A DNA stretch of 64,000 nt from Acidimicrobiia bacterium (GTDB lineage: Bacteria > Actinomycetota > Acidimicrobiia > Spongiisociales > ZC4RG35). Made by a program: the position numbers and the translations under genes. A model generated the notes under the pieces. That model saw only the letters and a list, made by a program, of their open reading frames with translations, ran no database searches and was not told the origin of the DNA. This document shows positions 1 through 9,097 of the stretch, piece by piece. The stretch's first letter is position 1; each line of letters opens with the position of its first letter. The stretch covers positions 15,782 through 79,781 of the forward strand of contig JBBDQN010000030.1 in the NCBI GenBank assembly GCA_040905905.1, given 5' to 3'.

Positions 1-736
1 GTACCGGATAGATGAGGCCATTGACCAGGTCGGGACGTCGCAGGTGCCAGTACTCCCCCCTAAAGGGCACGATCCTGACCTGGGGGTTCAAACCGAGCAG
101 CCGCGCTACCCGGTCGGACTGGAGCCCGGCGCAGGCGACCACCAGGGGAGCCGTGACAACTCCTGTCCCATCGAGGGTGAGTGTCCACAGCGAGCCGGTC
201 CTCGATGCGCTCTTCACCTCCACCCCAGTTTGAACCTGCCCGCCTGCTGTGAGGAGACGCCGTTGCATGGCTGCGGCTACCTGGCGGAAATCCACCGTGC
301 CGGCCCCGGGGACATGAAGGGCCACCACCCCGCTGGCGTTCGGTTCGAGCGCTCTCAACTGGGTCGGATCGATCCGCCTGACCGCTTCTACCCCGTTGGC
401 CTCGGCCCGCCGGTGGAGTTCGTCAAGCGCGGGAATCTGTGAGTCGCTGGTCGCAACCACCACCTTGCCGGGGGTCTTGGTAGGGATTCCCTCCTGCTGG
501 CAGAACTGCAACAGCCGGGCGCGTCCGTCAACACACAGCTTCGCCTTGTGCGAGCCGGGCTTGTAATAGATGCCGGTGTGAATGACGCCCGAGTTGTGTC
601 CTGTCTGATGGGCTGCGACCTGGTTCTCTTTGTCGACCACCGTGACCCGAGCGCCCCGCTCAGTCAAGGCCAGGGCCGTGGCCAGACCGACGATGCCTGC
701 CCCGATCACAACTACATCTGGCTGGGTCGCTTCCAC
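1..736 (-). CDS. lhgO: L-2-hydroxyglutarate oxidase-like FAD-dependent oxidoreductase. The N-terminus lies in the window and starts with GTG at 736; the C-terminus runs off the window edge.
   Basis: Reverse-strand translation gives VEATQPDVVVIGAGIVGLATALAL...KENQVAAHQTGHNSGVIHTGIYYKPGSHKAKLCVDG. This is a Rossmann GxGxxG fold, and the HQTGHNSGVIH..YY.PGS.KA motif resembles E. coli LhgO. The frame stays open to position 1. The start lies 7 nt downstream of the stop of the preceding minus-strand gene. Confidence 0.7.
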   Translation of the reverse strand, partial: MEATQPDVVVIGAGIVGLATALALTERGARVTVVDKENQVAAHQTGHNSGVIHTGIYYKPGSHKAKLCVDGRARLLQFCQQEGIPTKTPGKVVVATSDSQIPALDELHRRAEANGVEAVRRIDPTQLRALEPNASGVVALHVPGAGTVDFRQVAAAMQRRLLTAGGQVQTGVEVKSASRTGSLWTLTLDGTGVVTAPLVVACAGLQSDRVARLLGLNPQVRIVPFRGEYWHLRRPDLVNGLIYPV

Positions 737-742
737 AGTGGT

Positions 743-2815
743 TCATTGTGGCAAAGCCAGCAGCCCCCAAACCGCATCGCGGGCGAGTCCATACTCCGGC
801 TCCTGTTCGTAGCCCCCATGACTGTTGTCGACGTCTTCGATCGGGCCCTCGCCGGGGACTTCGTCGATGGAGCCGCCGATCGGATCGGTCCGGCGGTAGA
901 GGTTGCGCCAGCGAAGGCCGTTCGGTCCGTTCAGTTCGGACCGCAGACCGGCGACCCAATCGGGTGTTAGGTGGGCAGGGAACAACCACCCGTACAGCCG
1001 CTGCAGCGGACTTCCATAGGTGAGGAATCCCAGTCGGCTCCGACCGTCGCCGGATAGCTGGCGGACCACCACGGCCGCGAGCACCGAACCCTGACTGTGG
1101 GCCGCGAGGACCAGTTTGCCGCCGTCGGACAACCGTCCCTCCACCTCGGTTCGAAGGTCGACAACCACTTTGGGCCCATACGGTGGTGGGGCGAACGGGT
1201 GATACCAGCGTGGCCACAATCCCGCCAGGTCCCAGATGATGCCGACTGCCCGCCGCTTCGACTCGTTGCGGAGTCCACCGACGATTCGGGTCACGATCAA
1301 AGAGGCAGGCAACAGGATCGCTGCTGCCGCGGCCACCGACGGGAACGTCCCCAGATCGAGGGGGATGCCGAACACACTGGTCCCGGGGACACCAAACCGC
1401 GCAATGACCAAAGTCAATGCCCCGGCGCCGAGTGCCGCGATAGCCAGGCCCCTCTGTTGCATGATCACGAATGCCCCCACAACCAAACCGACTATCAATA
1501 CGAAGACGCCGGTCGCGACATAACCCAGCCAGGGTGTGAACGGAGGCTGATCGATTGAGGGCAGTGCCCGCTCGAACACATCCGGCCATCGGTAGGCGAC
1601 TATCAAGACCACTATCCCGGTCAGAGCCACCACCAAGACGTTGAAGGCCGTCTCCATCGCCGGCACCGTGTCTCGGAGGGCCTGCGTTGGCAGACTTCGC
1701 CGAGCCACCCAGGCAAAACGGATCGTGAGGATCAGGGTGATGAGAAGGAAGGCGAAGAGGCTGGAGGCCGCAAACCATCCAAACCCGTTGGGAAGCGCCC
1801 CTTCGATTTGCAGCCCTCTCTCAACAGCCAGGGCCAAGCCAGCTCCGAGTCCGCCGCCCGCGATGCCGGCGATCACCAACAGGGCGGCGGGTCTTGAGCT
1901 GAATCCGACGAGGAAGGCCAGGAGGACAAGTCCTCCCAGGACGACAACGACGGTGAAGGCTAAGTCGTGCAGGCCGGGCAGATGGCGGGCCGGTCGCAAG
2001 TCGCTGAGAAGAAAACTGGCTACCCCACCAATGAAGGCCAATATCGAGAAGATGGGCAACCAGGCGATGAGCCGGTCCACGATGCCTGACCCCGTCGCGG
2101 TTTGCGCCAGCGCCGTGGCGAGGATGATGAGTGCCAACACCCCAAGGTTCGCCAAACCCGTGTAGGTCCCCGGTAGATGTTGGACTCCTCCGACCGCGGC
2201 GGTTGCAGCGACAGTTCCGATCAAGGTGATGCCGAATGAGACGTGCAGCCTTGCCAACCGATTGGTCGTGGCCGGTTGGCCCCACATCGCTGGGTCGCTT
2301 GGTGAGGTCGGCTCGACCGTGCGATCTTGGGGAACCTCACCCTTGGCCAACAGGGCCGAACGTGAAGGGCTCCAGATCCTGCGGGCGGGGCTCATGCGCT
2401 CCTCGAAGTGGGACCTGCCTGACACCAACGTCAGCACCACGATGATCAGCAGGGAAGCGACCATCAGTCCGGCACCGATCCAACGCGGATCAATCGTGAG
2501 TGTCAGACCTTCCAAGCGATGCCAGGGAAGATCGACGGTCACCGTGACCGCCTCCAACACAAAAATGCCGGTCAACATGAGACATGCCAGCCTGACCACC
2601 GCTACGTACGGCGTCCGCCAGGCCCGGGGGGCAGCCATCCAGCCGGCGGTGTTGGCGAGGGCGAAGGGAAGCAATAACAACCAGAAGGCGGTAGCCGCTG
2701 ACCCCGAGGTCATCCCGCCCCAACGGAACGCCTCCACCGAACCCCTATGGTCGGGGCGAAGAAAGACCCTGGTCCAGCCCTCTGGATCCCGGGGGATCGG
2801 GTCGGTGTCGAGCAT
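743..2815 (-). CDS. Polytopic integral membrane protein (about 14 TM segments) with a C-terminal alpha/beta-hydrolase (lipase-like GHSQGS) domain. The start is uncertain: the ORF extends to 2953, but that would overlap the divergent cupredoxin gene.
   Basis: A 736-aa ORF with many hydrophobic helices, ending in ...KLVLAAHSQGSVLAAVVV...GSP, which is a GxSxG nucleophile elbow. Alternative in-frame ATGs lie at 2815 and 2713. Confidence 0.5.
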   Translation of the reverse strand: MLDTDPIPRDPEGWTRVFLRPDHRGSVEAFRWGGMTSGSAATAFWLLLLPFALANTAGWMAAPRAWRTPYVAVVRLACLMLTGIFVLEAVTVTVDLPWHRLEGLTLTIDPRWIGAGLMVASLLIIVVLTLVSGRSHFEERMSPARRIWSPSRSALLAKGEVPQDRTVEPTSPSDPAMWGQPATTNRLARLHVSFGITLIGTVAATAAVGGVQHLPGTYTGLANLGVLALIILATALAQTATGSGIVDRLIAWLPIFSILAFIGGVASFLLSDLRPARHLPGLHDLAFTVVVVLGGLVLLAFLVGFSSRPAALLVIAGIAGGGLGAGLALAVERGLQIEGALPNGFGWFAASSLFAFLLITLILTIRFAWVARRSLPTQALRDTVPAMETAFNVLVVALTGIVVLIVAYRWPDVFERALPSIDQPPFTPWLGYVATGVFVLIVGLVVGAFVIMQQRGLAIAALGAGALTLVIARFGVPGTSVFGIPLDLGTFPSVAAAAAILLPASLIVTRIVGGLRNESKRRAVGIIWDLAGLWPRWYHPFAPPPYGPKVVVDLRTEVEGRLSDGGKLVLAAHSQGSVLAAVVVRQLSGDGRSRLGFLTYGSPLQRLYGWLFPAHLTPDWVAGLRSELNGPNGLRWRNLYRRTDPIGGSIDEVPGEGPIEDVDNSHGGYEQEPEYGLARDAVWGLLALPQ

Positions 2816-2937
2816 GTCTCTCGGCAGGGTTCCGGAGACCCCGTGGATGCGAAGTTCGGGAATGAGAACCACCGCCGCGGAGGCTACCGGGCCCCACTTT
2901 GCGAATCGCGGCGCGATCAACTTGCCTTCCTGGTCAC

Positions 2938-3279
2938 ATGACGAAACGATCATTCACCCTTCTGGGCGTCCTATTTCTGACCTTGACTGCTTGCGCCGGT
3001 TCCGGCGAAACCGCAACCACCGCCCCTACCGGGCCTGCCGTATACGTGCGCAACCTCGTGTACGAACCGGCCGGCATCACCGTTGAAGTCGACCAGTCCC
3101 TCACCTGGGTCTGGGACGACGACGGCACGGCCCACGACGTGGTGGGAGACGGATTCCGGAGTGAGTTGCAGACCACGGGCACGTTCGTACACACCTTCGA
3201 CGCTGCCGGCGTTTACTCGTACGTGTGCAGCATCCATCCGACCATGATCGGCACTGTCACCGTCGAAGCGGGCGGTTGA
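2938..3279 (+). CDS. Cupredoxin (plastocyanin/amicyanin-like blue copper) lipoprotein.
   Basis: The N-terminus MTKRSFTLLGVLFLTLTACAGS carries a signal peptide and lipobox. The C-terminal type-1 copper motif is YSYVCSIHPTMIGTVTV (Cys-x2-His-x2-Met). Confidence 0.7.
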   Translation: MTKRSFTLLGVLFLTLTACAGSGETATTAPTGPAVYVRNLVYEPAGITVEVDQSLTWVWDDDGTAHDVVGDGFRSELQTTGTFVHTFDAAGVYSYVCSIHPTMIGTVTVEAGG

Positions 3280-3333
3280 AGACCAAGAAAAGGCCTCTCA
3301 TTGAGGCCGCGCCCAGGCCACAATCGTGAGATC

Positions 3334-4077
3334 GTGTCCCTGGATGTAGACGCTCGCGGCCTGGTCAAGGCCTTCAAAGGTGCGGTGGCCGTCGATCACC
3401 TCGATCTGGCTGTTGCTGCCGGGAGCAGGGTCGGGCTGTTGGGTCCGAACGGAGCCGGGAAAACCACCACCCTTCTCATGCTGTTGGGGGTGATCGCACC
3501 CGACGCCGGCATTATCGAAGTTGCCGGTCAACAGCTTCCGCACGGTCGATCCCGGGCGATGGAAAAGGTCGGATTCGTGGCCGGGTACCTGCCGCTCCCG
3601 GAAAACCTCACGGTGCGGGAAGCTCTGTCACTCTTTGCCGGGTTTGCCGGGCTCCGCCGTCCGGGACCGGTGGTAGAGCAGGCGATCGAGGCGTTTGGTC
3701 TGACCGATTTGGCGGACCAGCGCAACCAGGAACTGTCCTCCGGCCAGCGGACCCTCGTCAGCATCACCAAGGCGGTATTGCACCGTCCGGTGCTGTTGGT
3801 GCTCGACGAGCCGACTGCGAGCCTCGACCCCGACATCGCCATCAGGGTCCGCCAGGCTCTGCTCGACCTGCACGGTCGCGATGGCACCACCCTTCTCGTC
3901 ACCAGTCACAACATGCGTGAGGTGGAGAAGTTGTGTGAGCGGGTCATCCTCATGTCACGCGGCAAGATCGTCGCCGACGGGACCCCCGCCGCCATCGCCA
4001 CTCAGTTCGCGGTCGACGACCTCGAGGGAGCCTTTCTGGCGGTGGCAGCCGAGTTGCGGGGAGGACCGGCTCGATGA
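3334..4077 (+). CDS. ABC transporter ATP-binding protein. GTG at 3334 is chosen as the start; the ORF stays open back to TTG at 3301.
   Basis: Walker A GPNGAGKTT, ABC signature LSSGQRT and Walker B LLVLDEPTASLD are all present. Confidence 0.8.
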   Translation: MSLDVDARGLVKAFKGAVAVDHLDLAVAAGSRVGLLGPNGAGKTTTLLMLLGVIAPDAGIIEVAGQQLPHGRSRAMEKVGFVAGYLPLPENLTVREALSLFAGFAGLRRPGPVVEQAIEAFGLTDLADQRNQELSSGQRTLVSITKAVLHRPVLLVLDEPTASLDPDIAIRVRQALLDLHGRDGTTLLVTSHNMREVEKLCERVILMSRGKIVADGTPAAIATQFAVDDLEGAFLAVAAELRGGPAR

Positions 4078-4862
4078 ACCGGACCCGAATCGCGGCCGTG
4101 ATCCGACGTCATTGGTTGGTGCTGTGGCGGTCGCCGCATCGATGGTTCGAGATCGCTTTCTGGCCGGTCATGGACGTGGTCCTCTGGGGCTCACTGGGTC
4201 TGTTCGTCGCGCAGGAGAACGAGGCCAGCCGGGCGGGGGTGCCCTACCTCTTGGCAGGCCTTGTCTTGTTCTGGACGCTGACCTCGGTGCAGATGACCGG
4301 CTCGGTCAGCGTCATGGAAGAGACCTGGACTCGTAACCTTCTCAACGTTCTCACCACTTCCGTCAAACCCTTCGAGTACATCCTCGGAGTGTCGGTGTTC
4401 GGTCTGGCCAAGCTGGCACTGACTCTGGGCAGCTTGACCATCACCACCATCTTCCTGTTCGGCTTTGACATGTCAGCGATCGGCTGGTCCGTCATACCGA
4501 TCGTCACGCTCTTGATCCTCAATGGCTGGGCAGTGGCCTTCATCGTCATCGGCCTCATCCTGCGCTTTGGCCAGAGCGCCGAGATCCTGACCTGGGGGCT
4601 CAACTACGTAGTCCTGGCTATTTCGGGAGTCTTCTTTCCGGTCGAGGCCCTCCCGCCCGGACTGCGCGACTTCGCCAGGTTTCTCCCGACCACCCATGCT
4701 TTTGCTGCTGCCCGCGCTGTCCTCGACGGCGACGGAGTGCCATGGCGGCGCCTGGGTCTTTCGACGATCGGAACCGCCGGCGCTCTGGCTGTCAGCGTGT
4801 GGTTCGGTGCCAGGATGTTGGGCGTCTTCCGGTCCCGCGGTTTCGTGACCAGGTACTCCTGA
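4074..4862 (+). CDS. ABC-2 family transporter permease.
   Basis: The start overlaps the ATPase stop as ATGA. The product has about 6 TM helices and the typical ABC-2 exporter permease topology. Confidence 0.75.
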   Translation: MNRTRIAAVIRRHWLVLWRSPHRWFEIAFWPVMDVVLWGSLGLFVAQENEASRAGVPYLLAGLVLFWTLTSVQMTGSVSVMEETWTRNLLNVLTTSVKPFEYILGVSVFGLAKLALTLGSLTITTIFLFGFDMSAIGWSVIPIVTLLILNGWAVAFIVIGLILRFGQSAEILTWGLNYVVLAISGVFFPVEALPPGLRDFARFLPTTHAFAAARAVLDGDGVPWRRLGLSTIGTAGALAVSVWFGARMLGVFRSRGFVTRYS

Positions 4863-4871
4863 AGTTCGAGG

Positions 4872-5234
4872 TCACCCGGTTGCCGCCACGGCCGTCTTCC
4901 TGCCCGGTAACGGGACCAGGATCAGCACCGCCGTCGCGATCCAGAACACAGTTCCGACCTCGGTGGCGGTTATGCGGTTGATGGCAAAGGCCACCTCGGG
5001 GATGAGCAACCCGATCACGAAGCTTCCCCACCCCGGACCGGGCGCGGCCCGGCGCAAAGCGATGACAACGACCAGCGTCACGACCGCCGCTGCTAACCAA
5101 AGCGGCCACCCAGCCTGCAAGCCGTCGGGAACGTTCACGCCACTGTCCATCCCGGACAAGGCCAACACGATCAGACCGAGCCAAAGTGCAATCGAAACAA
5201 CCGCACCGGCGAAGCGCAGCAAAACACTTCTCAT
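4872..5234 (-). CDS. Small hypothetical membrane protein.
   Basis: An ORF with 3-4 hydrophobic helices. The internal ATG at 5234 is chosen as the start, because the longer ORF that runs to 5339 would overlap the divergent methyltransferase. Confidence 0.35.
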   Translation of the reverse strand: MRSVLLRFAGAVVSIALWLGLIVLALSGMDSGVNVPDGLQAGWPLWLAAAVVTLVVVIALRRAAPGPGWGSFVIGLLIPEVAFAINRITATEVGTVFWIATAVLILVPLPGRKTAVAATG

Positions 5235-5330
5235 GTATCCGCTAGCCAGTGGCTTCCTCCCGCTATTTCTCCTGAGAGTATGAATCGGGGACCTTCGTTG
5301 TCGCCCAAACTCGCGTACTTTTAGCGTCGA

Positions 5331-6002
5331 ATGGATCAACCAACTCCCAATGCCACCGCCCGACGGCTCTTTGCGCCTATCGGGTCAAGCTACGAGCGGT
5401 GGGCATCGCTCCTCAGCCTGGGACAGGATCGGCGCTGGCGACAGGCCATGACCGCCGGCCTCGACCTGCCGTCCGGCTCTCTTGTGCTTGACGTAGCGGC
5501 GGGCACTGGTTCGATCTCGCGGGCCCTGCAACAGTCGGGCCATCAGGTGATCGCCGTTGACCTATCTCGTTCGATGCTGGCTCAACACCCGGGCCCATTC
5601 CGGGCTCTGGCAAGAGGAGAACGGCTTCCTTTTCGTTCCAGACATTTTGATGCAGTTACGTTTGGCTATCTGCTTCGCTACGTCCACGATCCGGTCGTCT
5701 GTCTGCGTGAACTGGGTCGGGTGCTAAAGCCGGGAGGTCTGGTGGGGATGGTTGAATTCGGCCTGCCCGGGGGCTGGTACCTGCCGTGGCGCCTTTACAC
5801 CGGCGGTTTGCTGCCATTGGCGGGACGGCTCATCGATCCCGGCTGGCATGAGGTGGGCAGGTTTCTGAGAGTCTCGATCGAGGACTTCCACCGACGTCAT
5901 CCTGATCTCCAGGCGGTCTTCCGAGAGGCAGGTTTCGTCTATATCCGCGGTAAGCGCCTATCGCTGGGCGGTGGCTTGGTCATGTGGGCCCGGACGCCGT
6001 GA
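5331..6002 (+). CDS. Class I SAM-dependent methyltransferase of the UbiE/MenG (demethylmenaquinone methyltransferase) family.
   Basis: N-terminal LFAPIGSSYERWASLLSLGQDRRWRQ matches the UbiE-family opening. Motif I is LVLDVAAGTGSISRAL. Confidence 0.7.
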   Translation: MDQPTPNATARRLFAPIGSSYERWASLLSLGQDRRWRQAMTAGLDLPSGSLVLDVAAGTGSISRALQQSGHQVIAVDLSRSMLAQHPGPFRALARGERLPFRSRHFDAVTFGYLLRYVHDPVVCLRELGRVLKPGGLVGMVEFGLPGGWYLPWRLYTGGLLPLAGRLIDPGWHEVGRFLRVSIEDFHRRHPDLQAVFREAGFVYIRGKRLSLGGGLVMWARTP

Positions 6003-6715
6003 AGAACCCTGCTTTCTATGCGAAGCCGGGGACGGTGGCGGGCGACTTGCTGGCCATTCTCCATCCCCCGTACACGGCATGGCACCTCTCGTATGTGGCG
6101 ATGGGGGCGGCACTGGCGCCGACTCTCGACTGGCAACGACTCCTGGGAACTTTGATCGCGTTCTTCTTCGGGACCGGCGTCGCTGCCCACACTTTCGACG
6201 AACTCAAGGGACGACCCCTGCGGACCAGGTTGAGCAATGAGGTTCTGTGGGCCCTGGGCGCAACGGGACTTGCGGCTGCCCTGGTGGTAGCTGCCATCGG
6301 GGCGTCCGTCATCTCCCCTTGGGTGTGGTTGTGGGCGGGAATCGGATCCCTCCTTGCTTCGGGCTACGCCTTGGAACGTCCTGGCTGGCTTCACACCACC
6401 ACCGGGTTCGCCCTGGCTTGGGGTGGATTCCCAGCGCTCGTCGGCTTTTGGGCTCAGACCGAGACGATTTCGGTCGGGGCCGTGCTCCTCGCCGTTGCCG
6501 CTTCCCTGGTTTCAGCGGCCCAGCGAGTGCTGAGTACTCCTGCCCGTCATGTCCGTCGACAGGTTGATCGGGCCGAACTGCATCTCGAAAGGACCGATGC
6601 CGTCGAGGTGTGGGATGAGTCGAGGGTCCTCGAGACCTGGGAGCGGCCACTGCGGTTGTTGGCCTGGTCGATGGTTGCCCTGGCTGCTGGCCTGGTCTTG
6701 GCGCGAGCGTTATGA
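5984..6715 (+). CDS. Hypothetical integral membrane protein.
   Basis: About 6 predicted TM helices. The GTG start overlaps the end of the methyltransferase gene. Confidence 0.45.
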   Translation: MGPDAVKNPAFYAKPGTVAGDLLAILHPPYTAWHLSYVAMGAALAPTLDWQRLLGTLIAFFFGTGVAAHTFDELKGRPLRTRLSNEVLWALGATGLAAALVVAAIGASVISPWVWLWAGIGSLLASGYALERPGWLHTTTGFALAWGGFPALVGFWAQTETISVGAVLLAVAASLVSAAQRVLSTPARHVRRQVDRAELHLERTDAVEVWDESRVLETWERPLRLLAWSMVALAAGLVLARAL

Positions 6716-7254
6716 GCAGCTCGGAGATGAGACGGGTGTCGGTCGTGGGCACCACGGGGTCTGGCAAGAGCACGTTTGCAGCCGCGCTGGCTGAGCGACT
6801 CGGAGCACCTCATGTCGAACTTGATTCGATCTATCACCAGCCCAATTGGACACCGTTGTCTGACGATGAATTTCGGCGACGGATAGCCGAAATAGCAAAG
6901 GGCGACGCCTGGGTGGTCGACGGCAACTACTCAACGGTGCGCGACATCGTCTGGGGAGCGGCAGACACCATTGTGGCCCTGGCTTATGCGCGCGGCCTAG
7001 TTATGCGCCGAGTCGTTTCCCGCACCTTCGGGAGGATGTGGCGACGTCAGGAGTTGTGGAATGGCAACCGCGAGCGATGGACGAACCTCCTCTCACTCGA
7101 TCCCGAGCAAAACATCATCCTTTGGTCATGGCACACCTACGACAAGAATCATGGGCGCTACCTCGATGCCCTGTCTGACCCTCAATGGGCGCATTTGAAG
7201 TTCTACCGGTTCGTTCACCCCGCAGAGGCCGCCGACTTTCTGGCGAAGCTGTAG
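6712..7254 (+). CDS. P-loop NTPase, adenylate-kinase-like (topology-modulation-protein/FlaR-like).
   Basis: VVGTTGSGKST P-loop close to the N-terminus, an adenylate-kinase-like length, and an ATGA overlap with the upstream gene. Confidence 0.6.
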   Translation: MSSSEMRRVSVVGTTGSGKSTFAAALAERLGAPHVELDSIYHQPNWTPLSDDEFRRRIAEIAKGDAWVVDGNYSTVRDIVWGAADTIVALAYARGLVMRRVVSRTFGRMWRRQELWNGNRERWTNLLSLDPEQNIILWSWHTYDKNHGRYLDALSDPQWAHLKFYRFVHPAEAADFLAKL

Positions 7255-7280
7255 CGACTCGGTAAGTGTTTACTCCCAGG

Positions 7281-8162
7281 TCATCCTTGCTGCACGATCC
7301 GGCCCCAGATAGGGAAGTCGCGAATCGGATAAAGCAGCTCGCGGCTGCCATCGATGTCGTAGGCATAGAGCCCGGGTTCGGGATCCGAGGAGCCACAACC
7401 GGCCTGGTGCCACGTCCACACCAAGGCTTTGCCGTCTGGAAGCCACCCGTAGGCGAAAGAGTTTGGAACCGGAGCGTCATCCCAGAATCCCTCGCCGCTG
7501 AGGTGCCTGGCGACACCGTCGACAATGAACATCGCATGCGGAATCTCACATTCGCCCGAGAATTGGGCCAAGAGGACGCCATCCCCCCGATCGAACACTT
7601 CACGCCAGTGTCCGATGGTCATGCCTCCAACTGGGGGAGAAGCCATTCGCCCAGTGACCTCAACGGTGCCGTCCACGCTCAGGACTCCGATGGTTGGGTC
7701 CGGATCGCCGGTCAACTCGCGACAGAAAACCCTCCACTTCGAGGCTGGTTCGAGGACGGCGTCGACTTGACACCCGTCCTGGATCTCGACAAGGGCCCGC
7801 GCCTCGTCTGTCAGCCGTCTCTGCCGGGACTGATAGAACTCGGGGCCGACGAGCGGGGGTTGGAGATGACCTATCAGCTCGCCGTCGAAGCTGAGGATCA
7901 GCGTTGCGTCGTTGAGGCCCACCTGGATATGGGGTTCACTAGGTGGCGCACCGAGCAAAGGACCGACAGCGACCGTGGTGGTGGTGGTGGTGGTGGCCAC
8001 GGCAGTTGTCGTTTCTTGAGTCAACGATGTCGTCGTGGTCTCGGGATTCGTAACGGTGGAGGGGGCGGGTTGATCGCGGATCGATAGCCCGACGGCGGTG
8101 GCCACGATCACTACGCTCGCAATGGCTGCGGCGGGGGCCAGACCGGCGTGTCGCCGGTTCAT
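7281..8162 (-). CDS. Secreted or membrane-anchored hypothetical protein with a Thr-rich linker.
   Basis: An N-terminal signal anchor (LAPAAAIASVVIVATAV), then TTTTTTTVAV low-complexity sequence, then a globular domain. The start ATG at 8162 overlaps the YihY gene stop as ATGA. Confidence 0.5.
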   Translation of the reverse strand: MNRRHAGLAPAAAIASVVIVATAVGLSIRDQPAPSTVTNPETTTTSLTQETTTAVATTTTTTTVAVGPLLGAPPSEPHIQVGLNDATLILSFDGELIGHLQPPLVGPEFYQSRQRRLTDEARALVEIQDGCQVDAVLEPASKWRVFCRELTGDPDPTIGVLSVDGTVEVTGRMASPPVGGMTIGHWREVFDRGDGVLLAQFSGECEIPHAMFIVDGVARHLSGEGFWDDAPVPNSFAYGWLPDGKALVWTWHQAGCGSSDPEPGLYAYDIDGSRELLYPIRDFPIWGRIVQQG

Positions 8163-9019
8163 TTTTGGTGCCAACCGGAGGTTCTTTCAGCAAGGACCCG
8201 GGTGACCTCTGCTCCGAAGAGATATGCCTGGGCGAGTCCGGCAACCAGGAAGAGGGCGATGACCGCGCCGCCGGTTAGGGCTCCGGCGGTCAACTCCTCG
8301 CGAGTGCCGATGTACCAGCCGATGCCGAGTCCAGCCACTACGAGCATGGCAGCGGTGATCGTCCCCCCCCAAAAGGCGGCTCGCCACGGAATGGTCCTGA
8401 TGGTGAACCACTGAAACTGAAGAGCGAGGACCACCGCCAATATCGCCAAAGACCCGAACGGGACCAGGAAGATCATCACCCCGGCAAACACGGGGAGGCG
8501 TTCGTCCACGTAGCGACCCGCGGCGGTGACAGCGAGATTGACGCCAACCATCACCAAGACCAAAACGCCTGCGGCTAATACGGCAGCGAGTCCTGAAACT
8601 CTGGTCCAAATGAAGCTCCGCAACCCACCCGGGGGGTCGTCCGGTGAGCGAAAGATGTCGTTCAACGATTGGCGGATTTCGATGAAGAGTCCCGAGCCGG
8701 TCCACAACAGAAGCACCAGGCCGATGATCCCGGTGGCTGTAGCGTTTTCGGCCGTGGCCGTCAGGACATCTTCGAAGACCCTGACCCCAGTTTGTCCCAG
8801 GAAACCGCTCACATTCCCAATCAGCGCGCTGAGTGTCTCCTCACGTCGAAACACGAAGCCCGCGATCGAGGTTGAAATGAGCAGCAAAGGAGCGAGGGCG
8901 AAGAGCGTCCGATAGGCAATGGCAAGGGCCATACGGCCGGCTCTGTCCGCACCAAAGTAGGCGGCTGCTTGTCGGACAACAGCCACCATCCGTGGTAGAT
9001 AAGAACCAGACGTAGTCAT
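8159..9019 (-). CDS. YihY/BrkB (ribonuclease BN-like) family membrane protein.
   Basis: MTTSGSYLPRMVAVVRQAAAYFGADRAGRMALAIAYRTLFALAPLL is the YihY family opening, followed by 6 TM helices. The ORF extension upstream to 9523 is not coding. Confidence 0.65.
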   Translation of the reverse strand: MTTSGSYLPRMVAVVRQAAAYFGADRAGRMALAIAYRTLFALAPLLLISTSIAGFVFRREETLSALIGNVSGFLGQTGVRVFEDVLTATAENATATGIIGLVLLLWTGSGLFIEIRQSLNDIFRSPDDPPGGLRSFIWTRVSGLAAVLAAGVLVLVMVGVNLAVTAAGRYVDERLPVFAGVMIFLVPFGSLAILAVVLALQFQWFTIRTIPWRAAFWGGTITAAMLVVAGLGIGWYIGTREELTAGALTGGAVIALFLVAGLAQAYLFGAEVTRVLAERTSGWHQK

Positions 9020-9097
9020 TGTTGGCCCCTCGACACCCGGGGAATACGTTTGTGTCCCCGGTAGTTGCCAGGAACAACCAAACACTAAGGATTCCGA

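Noticed and set aside
660-1778. A 372-aa minus-strand ORF spanning the lhgO start and the membrane hydrolase gene.
   Set aside because: It is an alternative frame of two real genes. The translation is low-complexity and Arg/Gly/Pro-rich.
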